DNA of 64,000 nt, from assembly GCA_004022145.1 (NCBI GenBank), contig RCNU01000007.1. One strand, given 5' to 3'. A program made the position numbers and the translations under genes. Origin of the DNA: Paecilomyces variotii (lineage: Eukaryota). Position 1 is the first letter of the stretch. The number at the start of each line of letters is the position of its first letter. This document shows, piece by piece, positions 47,650-59,079 of the stretch. The notes under the pieces were generated by a model. That model searched no databases and was not told where the DNA came from. It worked only from the letters and a program-made list of their open reading frames with translations.

Positions 47650-49758
47650 TCAATGCTCACACAGCGAAAATCTATTCGAATGGAACATATCCGTCTGCTC
47701 GGCAGCAGACACTCTCCGCTCATCCATCAGCTCTAGCCGCAACTCCTTCGCCTCCTCCATGCGCATGGGAAAGTCAATTTGTTCCATAACATTCATCGTC
47801 AGCTCCGGTGGAAGGCGATGCAATGGATCCTGCGCGTGGAACTCTTCCACCCACCAGTCGCGACGCTGTGGGGGAATATTGGCTGTAGAGATGATGCGGA
47901 TGTGGGGATCGACGAGGAAGAGCGCGAGGATCTTGCGATGGCCTGGTTTGGTCGGGTCCGCCAATTTAAAGGGGGCGACACGGTGTTGAAGGGTATTAGG
48001 GAACGTGAGCAGACGACCCTGCCTGCAGAGGACATCCCCAACCTCCTGCACTTGAGGTCCATGCTGTTCACAGCCGAAGACGGCCTCGAGCCAGTCGTGC
48101 TGATCTTGCGGATAACTGAAGTCGAGGGCGTCGTGAGAGGACTCTTGACGGAAGGCGAGTCTGCTCTCCGTGATGTTCTCGCTGTCATAGTAGTACAGAG
48201 CGGTGGCGCAGATATGCTCGTTCTGATTCTTCCAGTCAGTCTTTCAAGAAAGATGGGCCAACATGCACGCAGGGAAGAGAAGGAACAATATGACAACGTA
48301 CCATCTGGCCTTCCACATGCCATGAACCTCCGTCGTACTCTGGTTTCTCGGGAGTAAGTTCGACGTTGGCTAGTTTCACGATTACCTGCAATCCTCTCTC
48401 TTTTGCCAGCTCTCGAATGTCCACTTTAGGGAAATCGTGAGGCACAAATTCCTCCGGTTCCGGGAGAATGACAACTCTGTTATTGGCTTCCCATTGTGAT
48501 TCTCGTTCCCAGAAGTCATCATCAGGTTCATCCTCTCTTTGCTGTGGCCGCTCATCCTCAGGCAACTTTTCATACTGCGCCTTTTTGTACTTGATGCGCC
48601 GATGCCTTGCTTTGAAGCGAAGACGGCGGTCCAAGGGAGTAACAGTCAGGTTCCACAAGGGAATCGCGCGAGCGATGATATCCTCAATGATGGGATATAG
48701 CGCTTTATGCTTGATAGGATGCAAATTGTTAATGTAGCTCGTGATCTTGCAGTCGGATTCACCGGTGAGTTGAACATCACAAGGGAGCCACTGAAACCGG
48801 TCACTATATAGTTTCGTGGTATGTGCCATGCCATACGGGCGTGTGCTGCGAGGAGCAGGATCATGGTATTCAGGGACTGGCAGCACTTCACCCCTTCCGG
48901 TGTGTGATAAACAGTTGTCGAGATCGATCACCTCATCCCGTAGGATGCGGCTGCGACCATATACCAGTGGGAATAGGGATGGATGGACTAGGTCGAGTAC
49001 CTTCTCCTCGCTTCCGGGATGATAATCTTTCTCGGGGACATCCTCCAGAGGCCGAACCGCTTCTTTCAGGGCGAGGCGGGTAGACTCTGTCACTGCAGAG
49101 TCCGATTTGACCACACCACCATCGTAGACACTCACTAGACCAGTCTCTCGAAAGCTCTTGACGTTATGTCGCAGCTCTGCGATCACGTAGTCCATCATGC
49201 GATCAGTCACATCACTCCCCCGGCGCACTTCCTCTCTCCAGCGGCTGACGATATCCTCGTCAAAGACCTGGGACACAAGTTAGACTCTGACACAGAAGCA
49301 TTCAACGAATATATGGCAGCAAAGGATCACACCTTTTCATCCCAATTCGGCTTATCCGTAATCTGGTTCATGATTTGGAGCATAGTCAATTCACGAAGCG
49401 TGATCAGTCTGTACCTGTTGGCCAGTGTCAGCAGCCCAATCCATGGTCCATTTGTAGGCTTCATCAAAGTTTAAAGTTTAAGGAATGGACAAAAGAAATA
49501 GGACCCATACGATGCATAACCACTGTGATGATCACTCTCATCCAACGCTGTTGGGAACAATTCTTCCCCATATCCTTCCGGACCGTGTATATGTCTCTTA
49601 CGGTCCAGGTATCCATATTCTGTCCTTGAACCATGAGGTTTCCAATCCACAGGAAGTGTAAACCCCGGGAGGTGGAAGCGTGTATATTTAGACGGCGGTA
49701 TGGTCGCTTCATGATGTATGGATTCAGGCTCCCGAAAATGAGACATGGTTGTTGCCAT
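47650..49758 (-). CDS. DUF4246 family protein (putative Fe/2OG-like cupin fold); exons 49758-49511, 49414-49333, 49267-48302, 48222-47650
   Basis: 'LRELTMLQIMNQITDKPNWDEKVFD', 'DYHPGSEEKVLDLVHPSLFPLVYG', 'FQWLPCDV', 'SYINNLHP', 'QVIVKLANVELTPEKP.Y.GGSWHVEGQMNEHI' and 'FPNTLQHRV'. Confidence 0.85.
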
Positions 49759-50588
49759 CTTGTGAGTATTGATTGAATTGCAATTGCTTTCTGAACGGGA
49801 GAAAACAAATAGGTGCCCTTTGTCGTCCTTTTTATAATACTGTAGATATCCCAATTATCTCAAATTTTAGGCTGCCAGGGCAATGTTGCCTGGGCCCCAG
49901 TCCCTTAGCGCCAGGCACCAGTCGTCCTTGGTAATTAGTTGCTTGGCAGAATTCAATTTCATCTTGGGATGCCAAGTGGATAGGAAGAGTTACATAGACT
50001 GGGCGTACTATTCATATTGACAAAACAAGCCGAGATCGGCGTATCCAATGAAATACTCCATTGACACTATATCGATATCGCACAGATCAAGATGATCTTG
50101 GGAACTACATCGGATGTCTTCTTGGCAAGTTCATGCTACGCCACCGAAATACGTAGAAGCCATGTAGGCGGTCTGGTTACAGTAGAAGGTTAAACACATG
50201 AGCATGTAACTACTAAAGTATGTATTGTTGAACCTAAGTCTTGTATTAGAATCCGATAATGCAAGATGCACCATCTATAGTAAGCCACAATCATGATCAT
50301 CAACGGCGTTAAAGGCAAAGCCAATGTTTTCGTGTGCCATCCCACACGTCCCATATTCGAGAAAAATAATATAAACATGATAATAAAAGCACTATGTATC
50401 AAAAACCATCAATCATTTATTGAAGCAAAAATCCAGAGAGAAAAACGAGGTATAGACATCGTGATATTTTTGGTGCACATTTTACGCCTGCAAAACTCCA
50501 TGCAACGTGCATTCGCCGTAAATCCATGCCTGCAGATGGGGAATCAAAATTGAAATAAAATAAGATAAGAAGAAGAAAAAAAGAAATC

Positions 50589-53009
50589 CTAGAAGCTAAA
50601 AAGTCCGCTTCGTCGCTTGCCGGTTGGGTAAACGACAAGGGCAGCCAGGAACAATCCGACGGTGATACCGACGGCGACTTGGATCATGCCGTATCCAATA
50701 TCCCAGACAGTACTGTTGTCAGAGTTGGTGGAAGTATTGCTGAGTGCTGATGCGTTGCCGGTGATATTGCTGCGCAGCTCTGCAGCGGACTGCACACCGG
50801 CGATCAGAGAACCGGACGACGCCAGACCAGAAGGAACCAGCACGAAGATGGCCGGCATGATAGCAGTGGCAGCGTGGCCGTGCCATACTCGACTATAAAG
50901 ATTCCCGAGGATGCCAACAGCCAGAGCGCTAAGAGTATTCGAAAGCTCTGGGTTCGAGTTCAGTTTTTTGTTGCTAAAGTAGCTGACGACGTAACCAGAC
51001 ACGGCAACAATAATCATGATAGGCAAGTCTTTCCATTTCCCTTGGTTGATGATACAAAGGAAGACGACATAGAGCGCGACGAACGGGAACCGCTGGACGT
51101 ATTCATTCCCGATCGGAGCGCCCGAACAGCTGGTATTAGGATTGGCGAGGGAATCCATCAGACCGTAGATGGTGGTGCCCACTGTGATTCCGTAACCCAG
51201 GAAAAGGGAGTAAATGATCGAGTAGACCATACGAATGGAACCTGCGATGATCTGATGGGACTGTAGCTCTAAACTGCTGCTAAGTACCAGGAAACCAGGC
51301 AGGATCAGAGCGATCGAGGACTGTGCCATGGAAGAGAAGCAGAACAGATACTGCTGTTTGCCATCTACCACGCCGTTACGAATGCTTCCGAAAGCACGGG
51401 AGAGGAACGAAGTAATGACGGAGGCGAACACTTCGAACACGTTTGAATAGAGACTCGATCGAGGCGCAAAGACCAGCTTCATGAGGCCGAGCAGGCAGCC
51501 AAGAATGAAGATAATGGGCATGTCAATCGGACGAGCCTCGAAAGCGAACGGACCGACCGCGACACTTGCAAGTCCGTAGACGATAACTAGAATCCAGGTG
51601 GGGAACTTGTCTGGCCGCGTCATGATCTCGTCCAGATGCTCAATGGCCTCTTCCACGCTGATCTTGTCATGGATGACGTTCTTGTAGACATCCTGCGTGT
51701 CATCCAGACGCGCCAGGTCGACTCCTTGTGCCACTCGCACCATCTTGACCTCCGTTGTTCGCGTGGAGACATCGTCGAAGGACATGATCATGAAGTTGGG
51801 TAGGTACAGAAACTGCGCGCTGAGATCGAGAGCCTTGGCCGTCATCTGCATGTACTCCTCCAGCCGGTGACTGGGTGCACCGAATTTCATCAAGCAGCGA
51901 CAGAGCTTGATCAGATACTTCTGACGAGTGATGATCTGGGCGATATAGATAGCGATCTGCGCTTCGTCATCCATGCGCGGTTTACTCGCAGACCTCCGAT
52001 GGCCGCGATACCGGGCTGTCGCTGCTCTCCCTTCGGTGGAGTGATGGGGAGCGCCAGACGCACCCAGATGCAGGCCCGCTTCGATCAGAGAGACGGCAGA
52101 ACGACTCCCCTCCTTTTTGTACCATTTGATCTTTTCCCGCTTGGGGGTCGTGTGGCCCGTGGAGAGGCCAGAAGGGGGTGTGAAATAGTCACCACCGTCA
52201 GGGAACTCACTGGGAGTACGGGCATTGGGCGAGGGAGGTTGTGAAGTATCATATTTTTGCTGTCGTTGCTGGAGTTTGAGGAGCTGCGAAAGGATGCCAG
52301 CATGCACTCCACGAGAGTACTCTGATTCCGTATCCGATCCCACGGGCGTAGCGTCCCCCGACATGATGGGCGTCTGTGGTTTGAAACTTCGTCTTCGCAG
52401 ACGGTCTCGACCCGAGAACCCTCTCACTAGCTGGTGCGCTTCCAGGGACGGGTCGAACCTCAGCTTTCGTCCTGCTTTCGTCTCTCCGCCTTTGGCATTG
52501 GCGTCTCCGTCCTTGACGAACTCAGCGGCCGTGACCGGTGGGATCAGGGCATCGCCGTGGTCCTCCGGACGTCCCAACTTTGACAAGATATGCCGTGCCT
52601 TGTCTATGCCGGACGCGACCTTCGAAACCATACGGCCCTGTTGGTTGGATTCGGAATGCTGATCGTCTCTTGCCGTCTCCGCTCGATCCAGATCGAGGTG
52701 CGCGGGGGTTTGCGATGCCTCCAGATCGATATGCGCGGGAGCATGTGCTGCCTCGAGATCTATGTGTGTCGGAGGATACGATGGCTCCAGATCGATGTGC
52801 GTCGGGGGATAGGTTGCTCCCAGATCGATGTGGGTGGGACGATGCGACGTCTCATGTTGATCTGATCCGTGGTGTAGTTCATCTTTTGGTTCCTGCTCTA
52901 ACCCCTGGTTCACTTCATGGTTTATCTCCTGCTGCGGCGACCCAGCTGTACGAGACGATAGCGTCGACGGGGTTCTCTTGAGGTCCTGTTCCGTAGGCTC
53001 GTCTGACAT
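50589..53009 (-). CDS. PRM10: Pheromone-regulated membrane protein 10 (Prm10; ThrE-like exporter family), intronless, 806 aa
   Basis: 'KLCRCLMKFGAPSHRLE', 'FLYLP', 'LILPGF', 'AGSIRMVY', 'IFVLVPSGLA', a multi-TM C-half and terminal 'RRSGLFSF'. Confidence 0.88.
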   Translation of the reverse strand: MSDEPTEQDLKRTPSTLSSRTAGSPQQEINHEVNQGLEQEPKDELHHGSDQHETSHRPTHIDLGATYPPTHIDLEPSYPPTHIDLEAAHAPAHIDLEASQTPAHLDLDRAETARDDQHSESNQQGRMVSKVASGIDKARHILSKLGRPEDHGDALIPPVTAAEFVKDGDANAKGGETKAGRKLRFDPSLEAHQLVRGFSGRDRLRRRSFKPQTPIMSGDATPVGSDTESEYSRGVHAGILSQLLKLQQRQQKYDTSQPPSPNARTPSEFPDGGDYFTPPSGLSTGHTTPKREKIKWYKKEGSRSAVSLIEAGLHLGASGAPHHSTEGRAATARYRGHRRSASKPRMDDEAQIAIYIAQIITRQKYLIKLCRCLMKFGAPSHRLEEYMQMTAKALDLSAQFLYLPNFMIMSFDDVSTRTTEVKMVRVAQGVDLARLDDTQDVYKNVIHDKISVEEAIEHLDEIMTRPDKFPTWILVIVYGLASVAVGPFAFEARPIDMPIIFILGCLLGLMKLVFAPRSSLYSNVFEVFASVITSFLSRAFGSIRNGVVDGKQQYLFCFSSMAQSSIALILPGFLVLSSSLELQSHQIIAGSIRMVYSIIYSLFLGYGITVGTTIYGLMDSLANPNTSCSGAPIGNEYVQRFPFVALYVVFLCIINQGKWKDLPIMIIVAVSGYVVSYFSNKKLNSNPELSNTLSALAVGILGNLYSRVWHGHAATAIMPAIFVLVPSGLASSGSLIAGVQSAAELRSNITGNASALSNTSTNSDNSTVWDIGYGMIQVAVGITVGLFLAALVVYPTGKRRSGLFSF
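52686..52840 (-). repeat. About 5 copies of a degenerate 33-bp coding tandem repeat (11-aa unit PTHIDLExxxP) in the Prm10 N-terminus
   Basis: PTHIDLGATYP-PTHIDLEPSYP-PTHIDLEAAHA-PAHIDLEASQT-PAHLDLDRAE, with AGATCGAT(G)-like cores spaced 33 nt apart. Confidence 0.9.
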
Positions 53010-55191
53010 AGTGGGCAGATCAACCGTTCAACTCCCAGTCGACGAGTCGTACAACGTCTGCGGTATGTACCGGGTACATCAGATATGCCGATTTTTCTGT
53101 GAATCTGTTTAGCGGGGTCTCCCTCTGGCGGAGATATTGGGCGAGCGAGGTCTTGACAAGCGGACGATCAGTTCATCGAGTACGGATGTCGTCCAAAGCA
53201 AAGAGAGAACGTACTCTCGCTGTCTGCTAGGACGAGCGGGGGAAACGGTGATGACCCGGTCGAATATTCCCGTCAGGTCTGGAACCTCTTCTCCTCCAGA
53301 TCCAGAGGAGATAAACTTTGGCCTACTCTAGTCTCAGGTGGAGAGGGACAGAGAGAGAGGGTAGGATCAACATCGCTCTGTTATACTAAAGAAAAGAACA
53401 GCAGGTGGCCAGACATCACGACGGCGGGGGTGGCACGATTCTGTTTTATGCGAACCTGGCGGCTCACATAACCCGAAAATATCCCCTTTCTGCTACTCAC
53501 TAACGTCATGACGGAAACGTGGGTTTGCGGGTTGAACTAACAATTTATCTAAGAATTATTATGGAGAGACTTTCGAGGCTCGACTCTTCTTCCGGAACAC
53601 CGGGGGAACTGGAGAAACACACGCTGCATCCCTATTCGGCATCCAAAGCTCGGACGAACTGGAAGCCCACCGCCACTTCTTGTAAGTTCCTTTAGCACAA
53701 CCTAAATCATGTAAATGTCCTCTCTGGTTCAGTCTCTCGCGTGGGGGAAAAGTTGGCAACAAGAACAGCCCGGATCAGAGCCCTTTTGCCGGCGCAGAAA
53801 AAAAGCAAGATAGATATCCTGACTAACGATGCTCTAGAGATTCTAGACCTTTAGCGTTATCTCGTCTTCACCATCAATGCTCGACTGCGCCCCTGTCGCA
53901 TCCAGCTTGCGTAACTCGGTGGATCGTTGTCAGCACGCTAATCGGGAACAGCCCTTTAGCCAGGTCAGAAGTTTATTGCTCCAATCCTTTCTGCGACAAA
54001 CATAATAATCATAATAAATGGTTGATCTGCTGTGTGACCACCGACCTCTGCACAATAATCCCTGGTCTCCGATGTCTTCGTTAGACTATTCTACGGGCCG
54101 GATGAAGCAGTCAGATCGGCAATACCGTCCTATGTTCCCGTGTCGGGGTTTCAACTAGCCGCCGAAGAATACTTGCTGACGGCCCGAATGCCATGAACGG
54201 TCTTGCATAGTTTCAGGGTTCACATCGCATTCGTCTTATCAGAATCGACGGTCCTTCAAACCGTCACGGCCTCGACCCCTTGAGCCACAGTGCGTCGCAT
54301 AACTAAATATGTACTTCACGGACATGACTTCCCTTCTGGCCTTGAATCTGGGTGGATACAAAAAAGCTGGCAATGCGCCAGTGGGTCAGGAACAAAGATG
54401 GAGTGTCCTGAGCTCTTTCATAGAGGATGATGGATCATGGATCTAACTTAGTCGTCATCTTAGTACAACTACTCTATTTCGAGTGATTCTTCATGCGCAA
54501 TATCTTATTGGTTCGCCCAACGATGGTCCATCTTGTTCGCGCCCTTTCAGTCTGACGTGGACCGTTGGTATTGTTTCCTCTGGCATGGCCGCCCAGTGGA
54601 CGACGCGCATATCTATCATCAATATCGCGATCTCGTCTCTCGGTGCGTGATGACACTGGTGAGACTGAAGTTAAATATCCGCGCTTTGCGATATCAAGAT
54701 GAGTGGTCGACTAGCACCGTCCGTGCAGTATGTACCGCTAGGCCCTAGGGATGCAAGTTACAATTTAAAATTGTGGCTCCGCTGGTTGGGCAGCTCTTGA
54801 GGATGATTGCCAGATCATCATACCCAAGGGGGATCGCTCACCGGGAAGACCTTGATTTTTTCGCCACCGGGAAGAAATAGGAGTATACGATGGTTTCATC
54901 TATTTCCCAATTTCTGTCGAATAGCGTCTGGGCATTTCGTCGTGTTTCGCATATGCTCCCTGACGCGATGCCACCGTGACCCAGCCCAGATGCAAATACT
55001 AATCGATACCCGATGTTTATGCTGGATAACTCCACATGGTATACCTCTTCCAACTATATCCAAACGTAACCCGAAGATACAGTACATATGTACTGTACTA
55101 TGACTGAAAGCTCAAGGTCGTCGCAGTACCCTACCCATCAACACCGGGCAAACATTGCAAAAGAGTTGTCTAGACTAAATATATACATGCA

Positions 55192-56096
55192 TCATACTAA
55201 ATCCCGCCCGAAAATCAGCGCATCTACCGGTTCCTCACTGTTGGCCAACTGCGCAGCACCAGGTACACGACCGATGACATTGAAGCCCAGCTTCTCCCAG
55301 ATCCTGATAGAAGCGGGATTATTGGCGAAGACGAGATTGAAGACGGAGTATCGATAGCCCTAGTTTCTACTTAGACTAGGTTTCTTCTCTCTACACACCG
55401 CAAAATGGGAAGGAAGAAATCTATAAAATCGCATCATCAGGACTGATTCATTCCCTACTTACCAACTTCGGTGCATATTCCAAATACGTCTCTCCCATCA
55501 CAGAACCTACGCCTTTACCCCGTGCAGCAGTCGTGGTGATGAACCCGCCATTGCAAACATGTGAACAACGACCTAAATAATAAACCATTGCATATTCATT
55601 AGTCCATGACTCTCCGATCCTAACCCCATTCTAATCAAACCCTATCATCTAACAGAATCCCAAAAGCACAAAACAGTCAAATCAGATAAGAGTAGATAAA
55701 AAACCCACCAGGATAATTCGGTTTAATATAAAACGTCCCCAAACACTCCCTCTCCCAATCCCTCCCGTCATCCTTAATCTCCTCCTCTTCACCCATCAGC
55801 ACTACAACCGCAAACGTCCCAAACCAATACTCCGCAAATTTCTCTAGCGAGAACGTCCTATCCATCGGATACGTAGATCCCCGCTCGATCTCCGCATTGA
55901 ATTCCCGCCATAGGAACTCGACTAGACCCTCAGGGAGACTGCTTGCACCGCTGGAGATCGGATACAATGTGATGGGGGTGTTTTGGTTGTTCTTGTTCAG
56001 TGTCGCGTGGCGGGGTTGTAGGCGCGGGGCATTCTGGATGTGTGTGGTGGGCGGAGCGATTGGCGCGTCGGTGTTTTCCATGATTGAGCCTGGCAT
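55192..56096 (-). CDS. GNAT N-acetyltransferase, Mpr1-like (azetidine-2-carboxylate acetyltransferase)/Spt10-GNAT family; exons 56096-55709, 55572-55463, 55359-55192
   Basis: 'EIERGSTYPM', 'CLGTFYIKPNYPGRCSHVCNGGF', acetyl-CoA loop 'RGKGVG' and 'YSVFNLVFANNPASIRIWEKLGF..IGRVP'. Confidence 0.88.
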
Positions 56097-56350
56097 GGTG
56101 ATGGTTGTGATATGAGTTCTTTGGGGGATGGGATTCAGATGTGCAAGAAATGTAAATCGGAATAGGAATTATGGTTAGAATCAAGGAATGAGGAAGAATA
56201 TAGGCTTATCACGCCCTATAACTAACTAATTGTAATCTCCAGATCAGACAGGATTCGCTTACTTAGTCATATTAGTTAGTTATAACGATTCCTACGGCGG
56301 CCCGTGCTAAAGCTAAAGCTGTAAAAAAGGCGCTACTGCTTAGAACTACC

Positions 56351-56368
56351 TACCTAGGTACCTAGGTA
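56351..56368. repeat. Perfect 18-bp palindrome TACCTAGGTACCTAGGTA
   Basis: Directly visible; self-complementary. Confidence 0.85.
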
Positions 56369-56460
56369 AGTATGCTAGAAATATAGGTATACTTAATATC
56401 AGATTTGGATTTGGAAGCTTAAAACGCGGGGCAAGTTATTATTCAATCAATCAATACTGA

Positions 56461-59079
56461 TTATCTGATCCGAACAGTCCGTTTGGTATAGAAATCCAGT
56501 CCCAAAGACTTTAGCCCTATAATGGCCGCAACGTTGCTGTTCATAGAAGGGTCTAGTTCACGAGGAACTTCCTGGTCCCACAGCCGTTCCCTTGCTCTCA
56601 AATGGGTTTCGAACTCTTCCCAGTCCCAGAGACAGGATGCATCAATGTGTACCGTTGGCTGTGCTTGTGACTGCATAGCCCCTCCCATGGCATGCTGGAA
56701 ATTCTGATAATTATCGAACCATTTTCGTCGTAATCCGTTCCCTGGATACACGATCCAGTCGTCGCTCAGGACTCTCTGTGTAAATTCAAATACTTGGAGT
56801 AATTGTTCCGTCGCTTTAGTCCAGATGCGGATTTCACGAAGCTGGGAGCTTAACTCGTCAAAGACAGGGGACCAACCATGCTCAGTAGCGGCTAAGTCAG
56901 GGACAGGTGGTCGCAAAAATGACCAACAAAATCGACGCAGGTCCCATTGGTAAGTGGTTGGAAATTCGAAACTGCAGTACTTGGCGAGACATATTGACTC
57001 GGACTTCTCTAATCGTATTTCGCCCTCACCGGATAGTCGGTCGACATGTCCTCTGCTCATCTCCTGCATTAGTTTCCAGATGGCGGCCTGATCATGGAAC
57101 ATCCATCTCATCCTGCGGTTTGACTGATCCCATGCTTTTCTTAGGCGGGTTTCAATATCCCGAAGAGATGTCAATGATAACAGAAAAAAGCTCAGCGTGC
57201 TATTTGTGATGGTGGAGAGACATGGGCTCGTATCTTGTTGAGATGTCAAAGATGTAGGGATGCTGCATATCTCTTGTAACCTTGAATGAAATTCCAGAAG
57301 CAGATCGTGTTCCTCTGGGACAAATGCTGACACTTGTATTCCATCTTGTCGAGAATAACTCGTCTTCGGCTCCCAGGGACTGAACCAAGTCCGTGAGGGA
57401 GGAGGTCCAAAGGAAAGAATACATGGTGATACCAGCGAGTAAGTGTCTGAATCCCCGTGATATCTGAGAATTACAGGATGATCCCATCCACTGAGCAGGA
57501 ACACAGCATCGGTGCTGATTTCGTATCTCGGACCAGGAAGAGTGATAATGAAAGTCCCTCGCTGTCCGATTTGCATTACGATATAGGTATAGTCCTTACG
57601 GTTACATACCATTCCAGTAATATCGCAGAGTTTCACGGCGCAAATTCGCATAGACCCCGTATCAGCACTAATCTGCGTTTCCTGGTTACAGTCCACAATT
57701 CCATGGAACGTCACCCGTGTTGAGAGCTGCAGGATGCCGTCCTCAGCCAGAAACTCTCCTTCCGGGCCAAGGAGGTTGTTTGGAAAGACACGCACTGATT
57801 TTTGAGACCAATCAGGGACCCATGACGGCGTATTGAATGTTCTCTTGTTCGTCCCAGTTAGTGAAAGAACATCCATCATCGTGCAGTTCTTAATAATATA
57901 CGCAGTTATTCCTGTGTATATGCTTTCGACAGGTAGTCTGTAGTCGGCAGTTATGTCATTTTTGTAGATTAGGCCGAGGACTGCAAAGACCCTGTCTCGA
58001 GGATCTGAGCATTCATACGGTGACGTTTTTAGCAGTATGTGTAGCAGATCTTGACCGGTGAAGCCGTACCATGACTGATCTCGAAAGAGCCAGGGCGGCA
58101 CTTGAAGACTGGGATCGACCAATTTGGAAATCCATTTTGGCCAAGACGCTGAGTGTCTCCCAGAGACTATTTCGAGGTCCTTGGCTAAAAGGATTTCTTG
58201 GACAGCCCACAGTCTCGTGAAGTAAGGTCTCTGAAATAGAACACGGAGACACTTTCGGAGATCTCGATCGATAACCGTAGTAATTTCGGAAGTTATTGGT
58301 CCGGCTATTGAAGTCTCCCGGAGAAAACGAAGAGCCGTGCTGCTCTCAGGAGACTCGCCACCAAGATAGGCTATCACCTTGGATGCCTTCGAGAAAACCT
58401 CACGCATCAGGCCAACTTGTTGGCTTTTTTCGTCTAAACATGACTGGTTGATGCACAGGGAGTCAACCCAAATCAACCTGTCGACCTTGTGATCTCTGAT
58501 AGCTCGAAGTGCTCGCTCACAATTATGTGTAACATATGCGATATCCCAGTATACACCAAGGAATACTGGACACGATCGGTCAGAATCACCAGAATCGTCA
58601 GACCAAGTGTATGATAAGGCCTCATATCTTGGAAGTAAAGGATCTTGGAGGTGTACTATCTCGATATTGGCATGGATTGGGTCATCAGCCGGAGCAGGTC
58701 TCAATCGAAGAAGACGAATATCGCCATGGGACAAAGTCTCTGGGGAAGTCCGTGTCGGGGATTTCAATGCTGGAAAGCTACCCTGATCTTGTCCGTTGTT
58801 CTTTCCTGGACCCTCTTCATCTGATATCCGAGACTGCTGATAGCAGGAGGCTTCGCCATCAGAGGACATAGTTTCATTGGTGTAATTGACCACAGATGGC
58901 CATGCAAGGCCCATCTGAGCTCGGTTCCCAAGTTGAGGAGGCTGTGCAATGGGAATGTCAGGATTATTCCCAGCGTCCTCCAGCGATGGGAGAGCGAAAC
59001 AGTAATGGCAACATGGTGTGCCACTGAGTGTAGAGACCTCTGGTCGCCTGCAGCCAGACTCGTGCCAGCGGAACGTCAT
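56461..59079 (-). CDS. HET-domain (heterokaryon incompatibility, HET-6-like) protein, intronless, 872 aa
   Basis: HET blocks 'IRLLRL', 'YEALSYTW', 'IWVDSLCINQ..LDEKSQQVGLMREVFSKASKVIAYLG', 'YFTRLWAVQE', 'CSDPRDRVFAVLGL' and 'PSWVPDW'. Confidence 0.92.
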   Translation of the reverse strand: MTFRWHESGCRRPEVSTLSGTPCCHYCFALPSLEDAGNNPDIPIAQPPQLGNRAQMGLAWPSVVNYTNETMSSDGEASCYQQSRISDEEGPGKNNGQDQGSFPALKSPTRTSPETLSHGDIRLLRLRPAPADDPIHANIEIVHLQDPLLPRYEALSYTWSDDSGDSDRSCPVFLGVYWDIAYVTHNCERALRAIRDHKVDRLIWVDSLCINQSCLDEKSQQVGLMREVFSKASKVIAYLGGESPESSTALRFLRETSIAGPITSEITTVIDRDLRKCLRVLFQRPYFTRLWAVQEILLAKDLEIVSGRHSASWPKWISKLVDPSLQVPPWLFRDQSWYGFTGQDLLHILLKTSPYECSDPRDRVFAVLGLIYKNDITADYRLPVESIYTGITAYIIKNCTMMDVLSLTGTNKRTFNTPSWVPDWSQKSVRVFPNNLLGPEGEFLAEDGILQLSTRVTFHGIVDCNQETQISADTGSMRICAVKLCDITGMVCNRKDYTYIVMQIGQRGTFIITLPGPRYEISTDAVFLLSGWDHPVILRYHGDSDTYSLVSPCILSFGPPPSRTWFSPWEPKTSYSRQDGIQVSAFVPEEHDLLLEFHSRLQEICSIPTSLTSQQDTSPCLSTITNSTLSFFLLSLTSLRDIETRLRKAWDQSNRRMRWMFHDQAAIWKLMQEMSRGHVDRLSGEGEIRLEKSESICLAKYCSFEFPTTYQWDLRRFCWSFLRPPVPDLAATEHGWSPVFDELSSQLREIRIWTKATEQLLQVFEFTQRVLSDDWIVYPGNGLRRKWFDNYQNFQHAMGGAMQSQAQPTVHIDASCLWDWEEFETHLRARERLWDQEVPRELDPSMNSNVAAIIGLKSLGLDFYTKRTVRIR

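Noticed and set aside
53010..55190. 2.2-kb region upstream of PRM10 as a hidden gene or pheromone-response array
   Set aside because: Only short unrelated ORFs. No clear TGAAAC(A) Ste12 elements or exon chain were seen.
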